64,000 nucleotides of DNA from Patescibacteria group bacterium (GTDB lineage Bacteria; Patescibacteriota; Minisyncoccia; Phycocordibacterales; PALSA-1337): the NCBI GenBank assembly GCA_018971685.1, contig JAGXAG010000001.1, positions 19,162 to 83,161 of the forward strand, in the 5' to 3' direction. The translations under genes and the position numbers were made by a program. Below, one piece after another: positions 18,805 through 29,069 of the stretch. Below the pieces are notes generated by a model that was not told the origin of the DNA, made no database searches, and was given only the letters and a program-made list of their open reading frames with translations. Within the stretch, counting starts at the first letter, position 1. Every line of letters begins with the position of its first letter.

Positions 18805-19914
18805 TTACCTGTTCATCGGCATCGCCAGATACAAGAACGATTGGTCGCCTGAGACCGGTTTTATAACCATCGGACGGTTAGGGCCGCCCAATTGCAAAGA
18901 AACACTGTCAGAGTCAATGGACTGGAAACAATCTATGATGTACTTGTAGTTGAAGTTGATTTCCATTTTTTCACCGTCTATTTTCGCATCAACCGTTGTT
19001 TTATTCTCGCCGATATCGTTGTTTCTGGTTTCTATTTCGAATACTTTTGTTTTTGGATCGATCGAAAAATGAACTTGGTTGAACTTGTCTGAAAAAATAT
19101 TCGATACTTTTAGGGCGTTAAAAAAATCGTGTTTCAACACAACTGCTTCTGCAATATATGTTTTTGGAATTATTTGTTTGTAATCAGGAAAAACACCATC
19201 AATAATGCGTGAAACCAACCGCAACTTACCATCAACTTCAAAAGATATTAAATTTTTACCAACCGTGATTGTTATATTTTCTCCAATTGCTTCTAAAGTC
19301 CTTACAACGTCGGCTACATTTTTTAACGGCAACAATATGTCATTTATTTTTAAATTACCAGGCAGTTGGACTTTCTTCTCCGCCAAACGAAACGAATCGG
19401 TTGATACAAAAACCAATTTGTCTCCATTGGTGTACAAATACACACTTGAAAGTTCCGGTTTAATACTTGATACCGACGCGCTATACCATACAGACTTTAA
19501 CCCTTTTACCAATAAATCCGGAGGTATCGATGTTTTTTGATCACCATCAAGGTTAGGTATGTTTGGAAAATCTTCATGAGGAACTGTTTTTATAACCCCT
19601 TTTGAGTTTTTGGTGGTTATTTGTATGTTGTTTGATATAGATTCGATTTTTACCGTACCATCATATTCAACAACTTGACTCAAAAAAGACGATAGGATTG
19701 AAGCCGGTACGGCAAAAACGGTTTCCGAATCAGACCTAACAGGAACCGTAACCTCTATTCCCAAATCTAAGTTTGTCGCTTTGATGATTGTGTTATTTTT
19801 TTTTACAACAAACAAAAAACATGATAGTACCGGTAATGTCATGTGTTTACCGGAAATCTTTTCCGAAAGAGATACCGCCTTTTTAAGTTCACTAAAGTTA
19901 ATTTCCATTTTCAT
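18805..19914 (-). CDS. dnaN: DNA polymerase III beta sliding clamp
   Basis: 369 aa; N-terminus MKMEINFSELKKAVSL...LPVLSCFLF; immediately downstream of dnaA. Confidence 0.85.
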   Translation of the reverse strand: MKMEINFSELKKAVSLSEKISGKHMTLPVLSCFLFVVKKNNTIIKATNLDLGIEVTVPVRSDSETVFAVPASILSSFLSQVVEYDGTVKIESISNNIQITTKNSKGVIKTVPHEDFPNIPNLDGDQKTSIPPDLLVKGLKSVWYSASVSSIKPELSSVYLYTNGDKLVFVSTDSFRLAEKKVQLPGNLKINDILLPLKNVADVVRTLEAIGENITITVGKNLISFEVDGKLRLVSRIIDGVFPDYKQIIPKTYIAEAVVLKHDFFNALKVSNIFSDKFNQVHFSIDPKTKVFEIETRNNDIGENKTTVDAKIDGEKMEINFNYKYIIDCFQSIDSDSVSLQLGGPNRPMVIKPVSGDQSFLYLAMPMNR

Positions 19915-19969
19915 AGTAATTATTGAAATTTGTTTCTACGGTATAAAATCAAACAGATTTTATTATAAG

Positions 19970-20121
19970 TGTTGATATGTTGATAATCAGATTTAATCAT
20001 TGTTTATACTTGTTAAAAATTGATCAGTAACGGCATTTAGTTTGTTGATATTTAGCTGGTTTGTTTTGCGTGCGAGGATTTTTGCTTGAGTTGTTACGGA
20101 CAAACAAACAGTTTATCAACA
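19970..20121. promoter_or_regulatory. dnaA-dnaN intergenic AT-rich region with four DnaA-box-like 9-mers (TGTTGATAT, TGTTGATAA, TGTTGATAT, TTATCAACA); candidate oriC half
   Basis: Boxes read at about 19970, 19978, 20043 and 20113. They are one mismatch from TTATCCACA. Confidence 0.5.
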
Positions 20122-20124
20122 CGA

Positions 20125-21471
20125 TTATAACATGGTTCTTATTTGCGATATTTCTTGTGATAATAATTGGTTGTTTTTAATATCGGATCTTATTTTTTCG
20201 TATGAATGTATTATGGTTGTGTGATCTCTGCCACCCAACTTGTCGCCAATAGACGGAAAAGAAATATTAAAGTCTTCGCGCAAAATATACATTATAACTT
20301 GCCGCGGTTTAACCACCTCCTTTCTTCTGGTCTTGCTGTATATACTATCTTCTTCAATGTTGTAAAAACCACACACTGTTTTCACAATCTCTTTTACAGA
20401 TAGCATCTTTTTCGGTTTTATGTTGTTTTTCAGTATAACCTTCACCTCATTCAAGTTTAACATCCTGCCTCTGTGCAGAGTGTTGTGTGCGATAACATTT
20501 ACAATACCCTCAATTTCCCTGATATTGTCTTCGATTTCATCGGCGATAAAGTCAACCAACCCGTCGTCAAGCGATATGTTGTGCGGTGTGCACTTTGCCC
20601 GCACTATAGCCATCCGCGACTCCTTATCCAACTCGGATATATCGATGATCATACCCTGATTGAAGCGGCTTCGAATGCGGTCTTCCAATTCCGGAATAAT
20701 ATTCGGATGACGGTCAGCCGAAAACACCAATTGTCTTGATGTGTCGTAAAAAGTGTTAAATAAATGAAAGAACTCTTCTTGGAATTTTTGTTTACTCGAG
20801 AAAAACTGCACATCATCCATAACGATAACATCGTATTTTCTGTATTTTTCTTTGAACTGTTGAGCTTTGTTGTTTTGCAAAGAATCGAAAAAGTCAGAAC
20901 CGAACCGTTCGGCCGTCAGATAAAAAACCTTTTTGTTTGGAAAGTCATGCTTTATCTTGTTTCCGACAGCTTGTATTAAATGTGTCTTACCTCTGCCGGT
21001 ACCACCATAAACAAACAATGGATTGTAAGCCAGTCCGGGCGTCTTGGCTACGGTTATCGCCGCGGCATGAGCCAATTCATTGAATGGTCCGACCACGAAA
21101 TTGTCAAAAGTATACCTTGAGTTCAAATTGTCTTCTTTGCTCACATAAAAATTCTCCAAAGGCATTGACATGGTCGGTGCAACAAAAGCTTGTTTTTTTG
21201 AGTTTACAGCCTTTTGTTCCTCGTCCTTCAAAACGACATATTCGAGCGCCCTAACCCCCTCATTCAATTGTCTTAATATGCGCAGTATTGAATTGTGGCA
21301 CTTTTTGAACAACCATTCGCGGGTAAATTCATTGGGCACGCCTAGATAGATCACCCCTTCCTCCTCCTTTATCAACCTTGTCGTTTTTACCCAAGTCGAG
21401 TAGTTGGCCGGAGAAACCAACGACTGTATCTCTATAAGCGCGCTTTGCCAGGTTTGTGACAAGTCGTTCAT
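20125..21471 (-). CDS. dnaA: chromosomal replication initiator DnaA
   Basis: Start set at MNDLSQTWQSAL, the typical DnaA N-terminus; the track ORF extends to 21555. Walker A GGTGRGKTHL. C-terminal DnaA-box-binding domain. Confidence 0.9.
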   Translation of the reverse strand: MNDLSQTWQSALIEIQSLVSPANYSTWVKTTRLIKEEEGVIYLGVPNEFTREWLFKKCHNSILRILRQLNEGVRALEYVVLKDEEQKAVNSKKQAFVAPTMSMPLENFYVSKEDNLNSRYTFDNFVVGPFNELAHAAAITVAKTPGLAYNPLFVYGGTGRGKTHLIQAVGNKIKHDFPNKKVFYLTAERFGSDFFDSLQNNKAQQFKEKYRKYDVIVMDDVQFFSSKQKFQEEFFHLFNTFYDTSRQLVFSADRHPNIIPELEDRIRSRFNQGMIIDISELDKESRMAIVRAKCTPHNISLDDGLVDFIADEIEDNIREIEGIVNVIAHNTLHRGRMLNLNEVKVILKNNIKPKKMLSVKEIVKTVCGFYNIEEDSIYSKTRRKEVVKPRQVIMYILREDFNISFPSIGDKLGGRDHTTIIHSYEKIRSDIKNNQLLSQEISQIRTML

Positions 21472-21529
21472 GGTGCTTTGATTATATACCTGTTTATAAA
21501 TATGGAAACTTGTGGAACCATGAAAAATA

Positions 21530-21549
21530 TGTTGATAAGTTGTTGATAA
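21530..21549. promoter_or_regulatory. two tandem DnaA-box-like 9-mers (TGTTGATAA x2) upstream of dnaA
   Basis: Read directly, within the AT-rich divergent dnaA/rpmH spacer. Confidence 0.45.
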
Positions 21550-21605
21550 CCGCACGAGATTTTGTGATCCTTGCGCAAATCAAAAAATAATGCGATACTC
21601 CACCC

Positions 21606-21740
21606 ATGTCATTTACATACAAACCAAACAAAAAGAAACGCGCCCGAACGCACGGATTCATGACCAGAATGAAATCTCCCGGCGGCAAAAAAACGATTGC
21701 ACGCCGCAGAGCCAAAGGAAGATTCAAGCTGGCTGTTTAA
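21606..21740 (+). CDS. rpmH: 50S ribosomal protein L34
   Basis: Translates to MSFTYKPNKKKRARTHGFMTRMKSPGGKKTIARRRAKGRFKLAV (44 aa). Absent from the ORF track because it is under 60 aa. Confidence 0.9.
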   Translation: MSFTYKPNKKKRARTHGFMTRMKSPGGKKTIARRRAKGRFKLAV

Positions 21741-21778
21741 ATGTGCCAAACACCAGTCCCTGTGTGTAATCTCATTTC

Positions 21779-22096
21779 ATGTTAAAAAAGTCGCGCAGAC
21801 TCGTAACCAAACAGTTTAACGAGGTTATGGCAAAAGGGCGGGTCTCGCGAACTCCCCTATTTGTGGTGCGAACGCTCGGCGGCTTCAAAGATACGCGGCT
21901 CGCGGCGGTAATGCCGCAAAAGATCGCCAAAAAAGCGGTGATTAGGAATATGGCTAAAAGGACGATATATCAAGCAGTCGAATCAATCTTCGATAAAATC
22001 AGGAACGGCACGCACGCGCTCATAATTGCCAAAACGGATATCAGCAGTGCCGACATAATGGAAGTATCAGCTGAATTACTTGAAGTTTTGCGATAA
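21779..22096 (+). CDS. rnpA: RNase P protein component
   Basis: 105 aa, basic. Classic rpmH-rnpA-yidC order. Confidence 0.8.
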   Translation: MLKKSRRLVTKQFNEVMAKGRVSRTPLFVVRTLGGFKDTRLAAVMPQKIAKKAVIRNMAKRTIYQAVESIFDKIRNGTHALIIAKTDISSADIMEVSAELLEVLR

Positions 22097-22152
22097 TATA
22101 TACCACTGCACCACAGATTAAATAGTTGTTGGAAATAGTGTATAGTTAAACA

Positions 22153-22899
22153 ATGTACAATACTTTAATCTTTGAACCGCTCTATAATGGTTTGGTCGGC
22201 ATTATGGACTTGTTGCCATGGATTGACCTTGGTATGGCAGTTATTATATTTACGATCATTGTCAAATTGGCGTTATTTCACCTATCGAAATCATCTATTT
22301 TAACTCAAGTGAAAATGAAAGAGGTCGAGCCGGAAGCCAATAAGATCAAAGCGCAATACGCGAACGATCGTCAAACACAGGCGTTAAAGATTATGGAACT
22401 GTATAAATCAAAAGGCATCAAGCCGTTTGCGGGTATTTTGCTGTTAATTATTCAATTGCCGATTTTGCTCGCGCTCTTATCTGTTTTTTACAAGATTATT
22501 CCGACTATAAATCCAGATTACCTGTATTCGTTTGTCAGTATGCCGTCGGTCAAGACAATGTTTCTCGGTTTGATAGATTTGACCAAACCAAGCTTGATTT
22601 TGGCGATTATGACGGCAGTGGCGCAATTTGTGCAGCTGCATTTTTCGTTGGCGTCGAAACAATTCAAGCCGGCTACCGTAAACAAGGACCAGACAGGCAC
22701 TCCGCCGTTGGATTTTGCGGCGTCTATGAACAAGCAAATGAAATATATGTTGCCGGCGCTGGCCTTTATATCAACTTACTGGTTGATTCCGGCCAAATTC
22801 CCGCAGGCGGCTTCCATCATTGCGCTTTATTGGTCAGTAAGCGCGCTATTTACTCTTGGACAGGAATTAGTTATCCGCAAGCGCTATCTGAAAAAGTGA
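22153..22899 (+). CDS. yidC: membrane protein insertase YidC (short form)
   Basis: 248 aa with multiple TM helices. Position after rnpA. Confidence 0.8.
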   Translation: MYNTLIFEPLYNGLVGIMDLLPWIDLGMAVIIFTIIVKLALFHLSKSSILTQVKMKEVEPEANKIKAQYANDRQTQALKIMELYKSKGIKPFAGILLLIIQLPILLALLSVFYKIIPTINPDYLYSFVSMPSVKTMFLGLIDLTKPSLILAIMTAVAQFVQLHFSLASKQFKPATVNKDQTGTPPLDFAASMNKQMKYMLPALAFISTYWLIPAKFPQAASIIALYWSVSALFTLGQELVIRKRYLKK

Positions 22900-22985
22900 C
22901 TCCAGAAACCGTACCTTGCAATTCAACGATATGAGTCCCGCAGATGCGAAAAAAGATGTTGCCTGCTCCATTACGGTTTCAACTT

Positions 22986-24344
22986 TCAATTAGAAGACAC
23001 CAAATCAAGCGACCATAATGACAGGTCGTTTTTGTTCATGAAGAACAAGTATTGATCATTTTCGTCCAACTGCAGATTAAAAGCGTCGATTATGGCGTTG
23101 CCTTGGTTGAGCAGATCGGCGACCTGGCGGACTTGGCCGGTATCGGCGTCGAGGAGCCAAATGCTGTCAATGAATGAATTCTGGCCGAGGTACCAACTGT
23201 CCGGATATGTGCCGGCCGGTATTTGCGAAGATACGCCGCAATAAACCTGTTCTTTGAATACCGCCGACCAAACACATTTGTCAGCCAGTGTCCGGAATAT
23301 GGTTGGTGCCGACTTGCCGCTCTTTATGTCATAAACGGCGGTAGTGATCTTGTTATTGCCGTCATAACTCGAATACAACACTTTGGTGGCGTCTTTGCTT
23401 ACTCTGGTGGCCAGCCCCTTGATATCTCCCATAATTTGTTTGACGACACCGGTCTTTACATTCACGAAATATAAATAGCCCGAATAATAGGCGCTGGCCT
23501 TAGTGGTTACGGCAATAGTGTTGGCTTCTGGCCATTCAACGGTCAATTGAGTAAAAGGCAGGCTGAATAATTGGGTTTGTTTTGACCCGTCAAAATTGGA
23601 GATATAGCCGACGGCACTGTCGTTTTCATCGGTCACCACCAATATTTTGTCTCGTTTTGGCGAAGCGGCGACAGCCAAAATGTCGCCCGAGACGATCTTA
23701 CCTTTTAATTCATAAGGAGTTTCGGTTATGTCAGGCAATTGGGCCGTTGAATTTAATGCCATCGAAGATGAGGCGGTTGAAGATGCGTTTGCTGAAGCTG
23801 CGGTTGGCAAATTCACGGTCGGCTTCGGCAGTGCCCTTTTCAAAACATTTGCGATCACCGTAGTTACCTGGTCGCTGTTATCTCCCAGGTATTGCCCCAC
23901 GAATGTGGTGTCGTCTTTGTTCCACCAGCTTTGGTAAACGCGCGGCAGTAGTGTATTCGAAATAGTGGTAATGTCGAGCGAATCGCCCCGCGCCTCGTAA
24001 ATATTCCCTCTCCCTCTATCTATCCACCTGACTACGGTTGTGCTGGCCGTGGTGCTGGCGGCATATCCTCCCACCGGCGTGGCGCTCAATTGCCTGATCA
24101 CCGGCAAAGGCACGCCGGCATTGCTCGTTGTTGTTGTCGTCCCGTTATTTTGACCACCATTTTCATTTTGCCCTGAATTATTTGCCGGCAGAGCGCGGTT
24201 GAAAGGCACGAATCCGTTCTGAATCTGGTTTGGCGCCGCTGTTATCGACGGTCGCGCTGTCTGGCGGATGAAGAAATACCATAAAGCGCTCAAAACAACA
24301 ATTATGATTATTACTGTGACGATTATGTTTACGGTTTTTTTCAT
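22986..24344 (-). CDS. secreted/membrane-anchored hypothetical protein (N-terminal TM, Thr/Asn-rich linker, probable beta-rich domain); last gene of the T4SS-like operon
   Basis: MKKTVNIIVTVIIIIVVLSALWYFF TM. Start overlaps the upstream gene stop (24341-24344). Confidence 0.5.
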   Translation of the reverse strand: MKKTVNIIVTVIIIIVVLSALWYFFIRQTARPSITAAPNQIQNGFVPFNRALPANNSGQNENGGQNNGTTTTTSNAGVPLPVIRQLSATPVGGYAASTTASTTVVRWIDRGRGNIYEARGDSLDITTISNTLLPRVYQSWWNKDDTTFVGQYLGDNSDQVTTVIANVLKRALPKPTVNLPTAASANASSTASSSMALNSTAQLPDITETPYELKGKIVSGDILAVAASPKRDKILVVTDENDSAVGYISNFDGSKQTQLFSLPFTQLTVEWPEANTIAVTTKASAYYSGYLYFVNVKTGVVKQIMGDIKGLATRVSKDATKVLYSSYDGNNKITTAVYDIKSGKSAPTIFRTLADKCVWSAVFKEQVYCGVSSQIPAGTYPDSWYLGQNSFIDSIWLLDADTGQVRQVADLLNQGNAIIDAFNLQLDENDQYLFFMNKNDLSLWSLDLVSSN

Positions 24345-25615
24345 TTGCCTGAAGAAAATTTTTGGCTAAACGAACTGTTTACTTTGAGCAGTTCGTCTTC
24401 CAAGTTCTGTTTTAATACTGGATCCTGGATGTCTTTTATCGATGTTTGTATTTTATTAAGCTCATCAACCGTAGTCGACTTGAAATCAGTAATTGTAAAA
24501 TAGTCTTGTCCTACCCAAACCCGAGATTGCGCTAATCCAAAAAACTGTGGATCTATGGTCGCACTGTTTATTTTAATTGATTCTCCCTGTAGCTTAAGCA
24601 TAAGCTGATCGGCGTTGGCGTTATCGTTTATACCACCGGGTTTACTTATAGAGTCATATTCTCCCAATTGCGTCAGCTGTGCATTTCGAGTATCTCTTTG
24701 TTGGTCTATAAAGTTTATACCATTGTTAATTTGCTCATCTATACTTTTTGCCGAGATCGAATTATCCAGATTTTGTGCGTTTATATTTTGAATTGTATTC
24801 GAAATACCGCCGTTACTCATGATTGATTTTCCAGTCAAAACGATCATATTTGCTTGTGCGTCGTTTATCTTTTTGTCGATTTGAGCCATCTGCACCTCTG
24901 ACGGTAAGGTGTCTATCTTACTTTGTAGATCTGTTTTCTCTTGAAGTAATTGGTTTACCGTATTTTTGGCTTGCTGAGCTTGGTCTACATATTCTTGTCC
25001 AACGGCATTATATTTTTGTGCCTCCGCATTTAACTGATCAAATAATGTTAGCGGTGACTCCTGTTGTGTAGCTGGGACAGATATGGGCGGTATGCTGGCG
25101 GGAATTGCGACGAGTTTGGGATTGACGGTCTTCAGGATGAGATAAGAGCCGAGGACCATTAGTAATCCCCAAATGGCGTTCCAGAATTTGTCTTTGCCGG
25201 CACTCTTCTTATTCCACGCGTCCGAAGTCATATATTCAAACCCGCCCCAGACCATCATGAACACGGCGGCGACGGCGGATAGGGCGATCAATAGGTTGAA
25301 TGCGTAAATAAAGAAAGTACTCAAATCAACGGTTGTCTGAGGTGCGCCGGCGCCTCCGGGACAATCTACCGTCTTACTCATTCCGCCACCGCCGGGCAGA
25401 TCAACGCTGTAAGTATATGGTATGCACGGCAACGGTTCCAATAAGGTATAACTTTTTACACCGGCAGATGTTACCGTTGGTGTAGGTGTTGGAGTTGGAG
25501 TAGGCGAGTTAGATTGTGCCGCGGATATATTCAAGGTCAATAAAAACACCGAGAGTAACAAGAAAAATGTTCTGAAAAAGCGGCGATATGTTGTTTTGTG
25601 AAGATTATATGCCAT
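24341..25615 (-). CDS. pilin-like protein: signal peptide, PT repeat, Cys pair, two-helix hydrophobic hairpin (VirB2/TrbC-like topology) fused to about 300 aa of coiled coil
   Basis: Start set at MAYNLHK; the track ORF runs to 25747. Topology LSTFFIYAFNLLIALSAVAAVFMMVWGG...FWNAIWGLLMVLGSYLIL. Confidence 0.4.
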   Translation of the reverse strand: MAYNLHKTTYRRFFRTFFLLLSVFLLTLNISAAQSNSPTPTPTPTPTVTSAGVKSYTLLEPLPCIPYTYSVDLPGGGGMSKTVDCPGGAGAPQTTVDLSTFFIYAFNLLIALSAVAAVFMMVWGGFEYMTSDAWNKKSAGKDKFWNAIWGLLMVLGSYLILKTVNPKLVAIPASIPPISVPATQQESPLTLFDQLNAEAQKYNAVGQEYVDQAQQAKNTVNQLLQEKTDLQSKIDTLPSEVQMAQIDKKINDAQANMIVLTGKSIMSNGGISNTIQNINAQNLDNSISAKSIDEQINNGINFIDQQRDTRNAQLTQLGEYDSISKPGGINDNANADQLMLKLQGESIKINSATIDPQFFGLAQSRVWVGQDYFTITDFKSTTVDELNKIQTSIKDIQDPVLKQNLEDELLKVNSSFSQKFSSGK

Positions 25616-26678
25616 TGTAGTTATTAAAAGTTGTGCTAGTGGCGGTTTGAGAACCATTGTCGGAAAAGACGGCAGAGAAACCATTAGATGCGCTTTGGAG
25701 AATATCTTTGGAGTTTTCGACGCGAAGCTGTATGTTGGAAGAGCCACTTTGGCCGGCCGGCGCGCGCAGGACGATCGACTGGCTGGCGGAAAGCGCCGCT
25801 TGAGACAAGGAATTTACCATCCAAGAAAAAGATAAATCATTCGTGTTGCCGGCCAGTCCGTTGAATCCATAAGGAACCGCCAAGACTGAAAGCTCGCCGC
25901 TGGAACCCAAACCGACACTGTTCCCTATCGCTTTATTATACAACGGTCCATATAAAGGGTCGTTATTGTAAAATTGGATGAATGGACTGCCGGCTTGCAA
26001 AATAACAGTCTTTTCAGCCGAAGCAGTGCCATCGCGGGTAGTGACCTTCAGGTTAATCATTCTGGGGCGTGGCACAACCTCGTCTGTCCAGATAAAAACT
26101 TGTTTGCCATAGCCGCTTGCGGATTGGACGACTTTTGTGTCTTTGGTCCACTGATACACCAGTGTTTTCGGATCATATTCTACGCCGGATGAATTGGCGA
26201 TATGGGGAATAGCGATTACTTTGTAGGTGTTTTGATAGACCAACGGTATTTTGCCTTGGAAGAAAGGCGGCGTATAGCCGTCGCTTTCTATAATAAAATC
26301 AATACTGCCGGTAGTTACGGTGATATTCGTGCTCAAGGTTTTGCCGTCCGGCGTGGCGGCTGATACTGCCACGGCAAGCTTTTTGCCCAGGTCGGGCGCT
26401 ATCACTTGGATCGAGGTGACGCCTATGCCTTTTTGGTATGTGTTGCCGTTCAAAGTCCAAGTGATATTGGATGAATTCAAGTCCGCAATGTAACTTTCGG
26501 CCGTAATCGTCAAATTTTGCCCGGGCGTTGGGTTATCGGTTGAAAGTTTCAGGTCTATTCCTTGAATGGAAGTCGGCACGCCTTGCGCGAAGGTGAACAA
26601 GAAAGGCAACATAACAATTGTTGTCATCCCTGCGAATGCGCTGACCCAGAATTTTACCGAAAAAACCAGAGGTCTCAT
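25605..26678 (-). CDS. secreted hypothetical protein (signal peptide; Ig-like/beta-rich)
   Basis: Start set at MRPLVFSVKFW...; the track ORF runs to 26765. Ser/Thr/Asn-rich. Confidence 0.45.
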   Translation of the reverse strand: MRPLVFSVKFWVSAFAGMTTIVMLPFLFTFAQGVPTSIQGIDLKLSTDNPTPGQNLTITAESYIADLNSSNITWTLNGNTYQKGIGVTSIQVIAPDLGKKLAVAVSAATPDGKTLSTNITVTTGSIDFIIESDGYTPPFFQGKIPLVYQNTYKVIAIPHIANSSGVEYDPKTLVYQWTKDTKVVQSASGYGKQVFIWTDEVVPRPRMINLKVTTRDGTASAEKTVILQAGSPFIQFYNNDPLYGPLYNKAIGNSVGLGSSGELSVLAVPYGFNGLAGNTNDLSFSWMVNSLSQAALSASQSIVLRAPAGQSGSSNIQLRVENSKDILQSASNGFSAVFSDNGSQTATSTTFNNYNGI

Positions 26679-26733
26679 TAACAATATTGTACCAATATCG
26701 GAAAAAACTTGCGAAGTTGGTTGTGGAGAGTAT

Positions 26734-27228
26734 TCAAGTCTTAGACGCGCGCCTGATGCCGTCATTTACCAAAGGTTTGGTATTGGCGTTTCTATATGCC
26801 GAAGGGTCGTAAGTGTTTGCCGTTTGCGTAACCATCTGTGGCTGGCGCACGCCGTCCTTATAGAGTGGTTGCTGTACCGTATTTGATAACATTTCCTCCT
26901 GTTCCTTTTGCGCTTGCAGTTCCGCGTCTTCCTGCTTGACTGACCGCTGTATATACCAAATATCGACGATCCAAAAAGAAGCAATGCCGCCGGTAAGTTC
27001 TCCTATACCTGCCACCCCAACCAGCGAGATCAATCTTCCCGGTCGTTTTATCATTGACACGCCGCGAAGCTGGAAATATACGCCGATAAGCGCGCCGCAA
27101 GCCGGATCGAATATCATATTTATTACCTCGCCTATTCCGGTGAAATCAATGACATACTGTATAATGTCTATTATTCCGGTAATTCCATATAAAAACCACC
27201 ACTCCGTTTTTCCGATTTTCGATGCCAT
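26734..27228 (-). CDS. hypothetical small membrane protein
   Basis: 164 aa, 3-4 TM helices. Inside the T4SS-like operon. Confidence 0.45.
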   Translation of the reverse strand: MASKIGKTEWWFLYGITGIIDIIQYVIDFTGIGEVINMIFDPACGALIGVYFQLRGVSMIKRPGRLISLVGVAGIGELTGGIASFWIVDIWYIQRSVKQEDAELQAQKEQEEMLSNTVQQPLYKDGVRQPQMVTQTANTYDPSAYRNANTKPLVNDGIRRASKT

Positions 27229-27251
27229 AATTCTGAATTATAGCACGGCAA

Positions 27252-29066
27252 TTATTTTCCCGATTCCTCCAATTGCCTCTTGGCCTCTTTGATATCCATA
27301 AGCTGCTGCGGATTGGTCGTGATAATCTGGTCTTCCGTGTATGATCCGACGATCTTGATCGCCACATGCTTTAGCCCCACGAAGAATATGCCTTCGCCGA
27401 CATCTGATTCAAGGAGCAAATACTTCTCTTCGTCGGTCAGGTTGAAAGTTCGCTGAATATAATCGATGACCGCCGGCGACTGCTTGAGCAAGACTTGTAT
27501 CGAAGAGTTCGTGACGATCGGCATGCCATAAGGCGATTTCAAGAAGTCGTCGACATCCTGGGTTATAGTGGCAAGTCCCAAGAAGTATTTGCGGCCTCTT
27601 TTCGCCAAACCGAATAGGAATGAAGCCGTGTCTTCGGATTTCATCATCCACCAAGCTTCGTCGATGACCAGTAGGCGCTTTTTCAGATTTTTGCGAATGG
27701 CGTTCCATATGTAGTGAGTGATCAAGTACATGGCCACCGGCTTCAGCTCATCCTCCATGTCCCGGAGCGAAAACACGACGAATTTCTTGTTAATGTCGAT
27801 GTTGGACGGACGGTTGATGAAGCCCGACCAAGTGCCCTTGGTGTACTTGGATAACCTTTCAACCAGCGAGTCTGCACCCTCCATACCGGCTAAGACAAGT
27901 TCGAAGTCGGAGAGCAGCGGCGGTTCGACACTGCGAAAATCAGAATCGGGAGTTATGTCTTTCAAGGCGTAAGTCTCAGTTATGGCGCGGTCGATGATGG
28001 CGTCTTCTTCCTGGGTCAAGCCGCCCAACATTATCCGGAACAATCCGACCAAATTGATGATGTTTGAGCGCAAGACATCTGAGGCGGACTCGTCCTCTCT
28101 CGGTATCGGCAGGTCGAATGGGTTGATATGATGCTCGGAATTGAGCGAAATGTTGAAATATTTGCCTCCGGTCGCACCCGCCATGTACTCGTATTCTTTT
28201 TCCGGGTCGATCACGATGACATCCGTATCGAACATAAGCGTGCGCAAGATTTCCAGCTTTGTGCAATACGATTTGCCAGCGCCGGCGACCGCGAAAGTCA
28301 CCGAATTGTAATTTTCGAGCGAGAAACGGTCGAAAAGCACCAGTGAAGAATTGTGGCGGTTGATGCCGTAAAGAATTCCTTTGTCGGAAGTTAGGTCGAA
28401 AGACACGAACGGGAACAAGCTGGAGAGCGGCGAAGAATTCAGCTTCGAATGTACGCTCAACTGATCGTCGCCCATGGGCAATACGCTTTTGAAGCCCTGT
28501 TCTTGCTGGAACAACGCCGGTTTCAAGTAGACAAGCTTCGATTCGAGGATCGACTTGATCTCCGATTCGAGCTTGTCCAATTCGCCTTCGGAATCGGCGA
28601 AAATCGTTATATATACGCCGACATCGAACAGCCTTTCTTGCGCCTGCATCAGCTGATCGCGCAAGGCCTCTAGGTCTTGGTAGGCGGTGTCCAGGGCCGG
28701 ATCGCGCACCAATCCGCGCTCTTCCCTTCTCGATATCTGGCTTTGAACCTCGGCTACTTTCTTCTGGAAATGGCGCAGGATTTTAGCCGTGTCTACCGGA
28801 TGGATGAATACGGAAATATTAAAGACCTTGTCCAAATTTATAATCGGCGCGAACCAGCTTTCTTGCAGGAATCTGGGATATGAAATGACGAACAGTGTGC
28901 GCCCGACCTTCTCTCCCAGATTCAGGTCTTTCGGGCTGACTTTGAGCGCCGAGGGCGCGATGATGTCTTTCAATTCAAGCACGCCGGCCTGATAGATTTC
29001 TTCGGGCAGGATTGATACTATTGGCGACTGCTCTTTTCTCTTGAATATGTTGTTGAAGAATGACAT
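27252..29066 (-). CDS. virB4: type IV secretion ATPase VirB4/TrbE/CagE family (C-terminal ATPase part)
   Basis: Walker A FAVAGAGKSYCTK. Walker B RLLVIDEAWWMM. FLGLATITQD motif. Confidence 0.85.
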   Translation of the reverse strand: MSFFNNIFKRKEQSPIVSILPEEIYQAGVLELKDIIAPSALKVSPKDLNLGEKVGRTLFVISYPRFLQESWFAPIINLDKVFNISVFIHPVDTAKILRHFQKKVAEVQSQISRREERGLVRDPALDTAYQDLEALRDQLMQAQERLFDVGVYITIFADSEGELDKLESEIKSILESKLVYLKPALFQQEQGFKSVLPMGDDQLSVHSKLNSSPLSSLFPFVSFDLTSDKGILYGINRHNSSLVLFDRFSLENYNSVTFAVAGAGKSYCTKLEILRTLMFDTDVIVIDPEKEYEYMAGATGGKYFNISLNSEHHINPFDLPIPREDESASDVLRSNIINLVGLFRIMLGGLTQEEDAIIDRAITETYALKDITPDSDFRSVEPPLLSDFELVLAGMEGADSLVERLSKYTKGTWSGFINRPSNIDINKKFVVFSLRDMEDELKPVAMYLITHYIWNAIRKNLKKRLLVIDEAWWMMKSEDTASFLFGLAKRGRKYFLGLATITQDVDDFLKSPYGMPIVTNSSIQVLLKQSPAVIDYIQRTFNLTDEEKYLLLESDVGEGIFFVGLKHVAIKIVGSYTEDQIITTNPQQLMDIKEAKRQLEESGK

Positions 29067-29069
29067 ATT

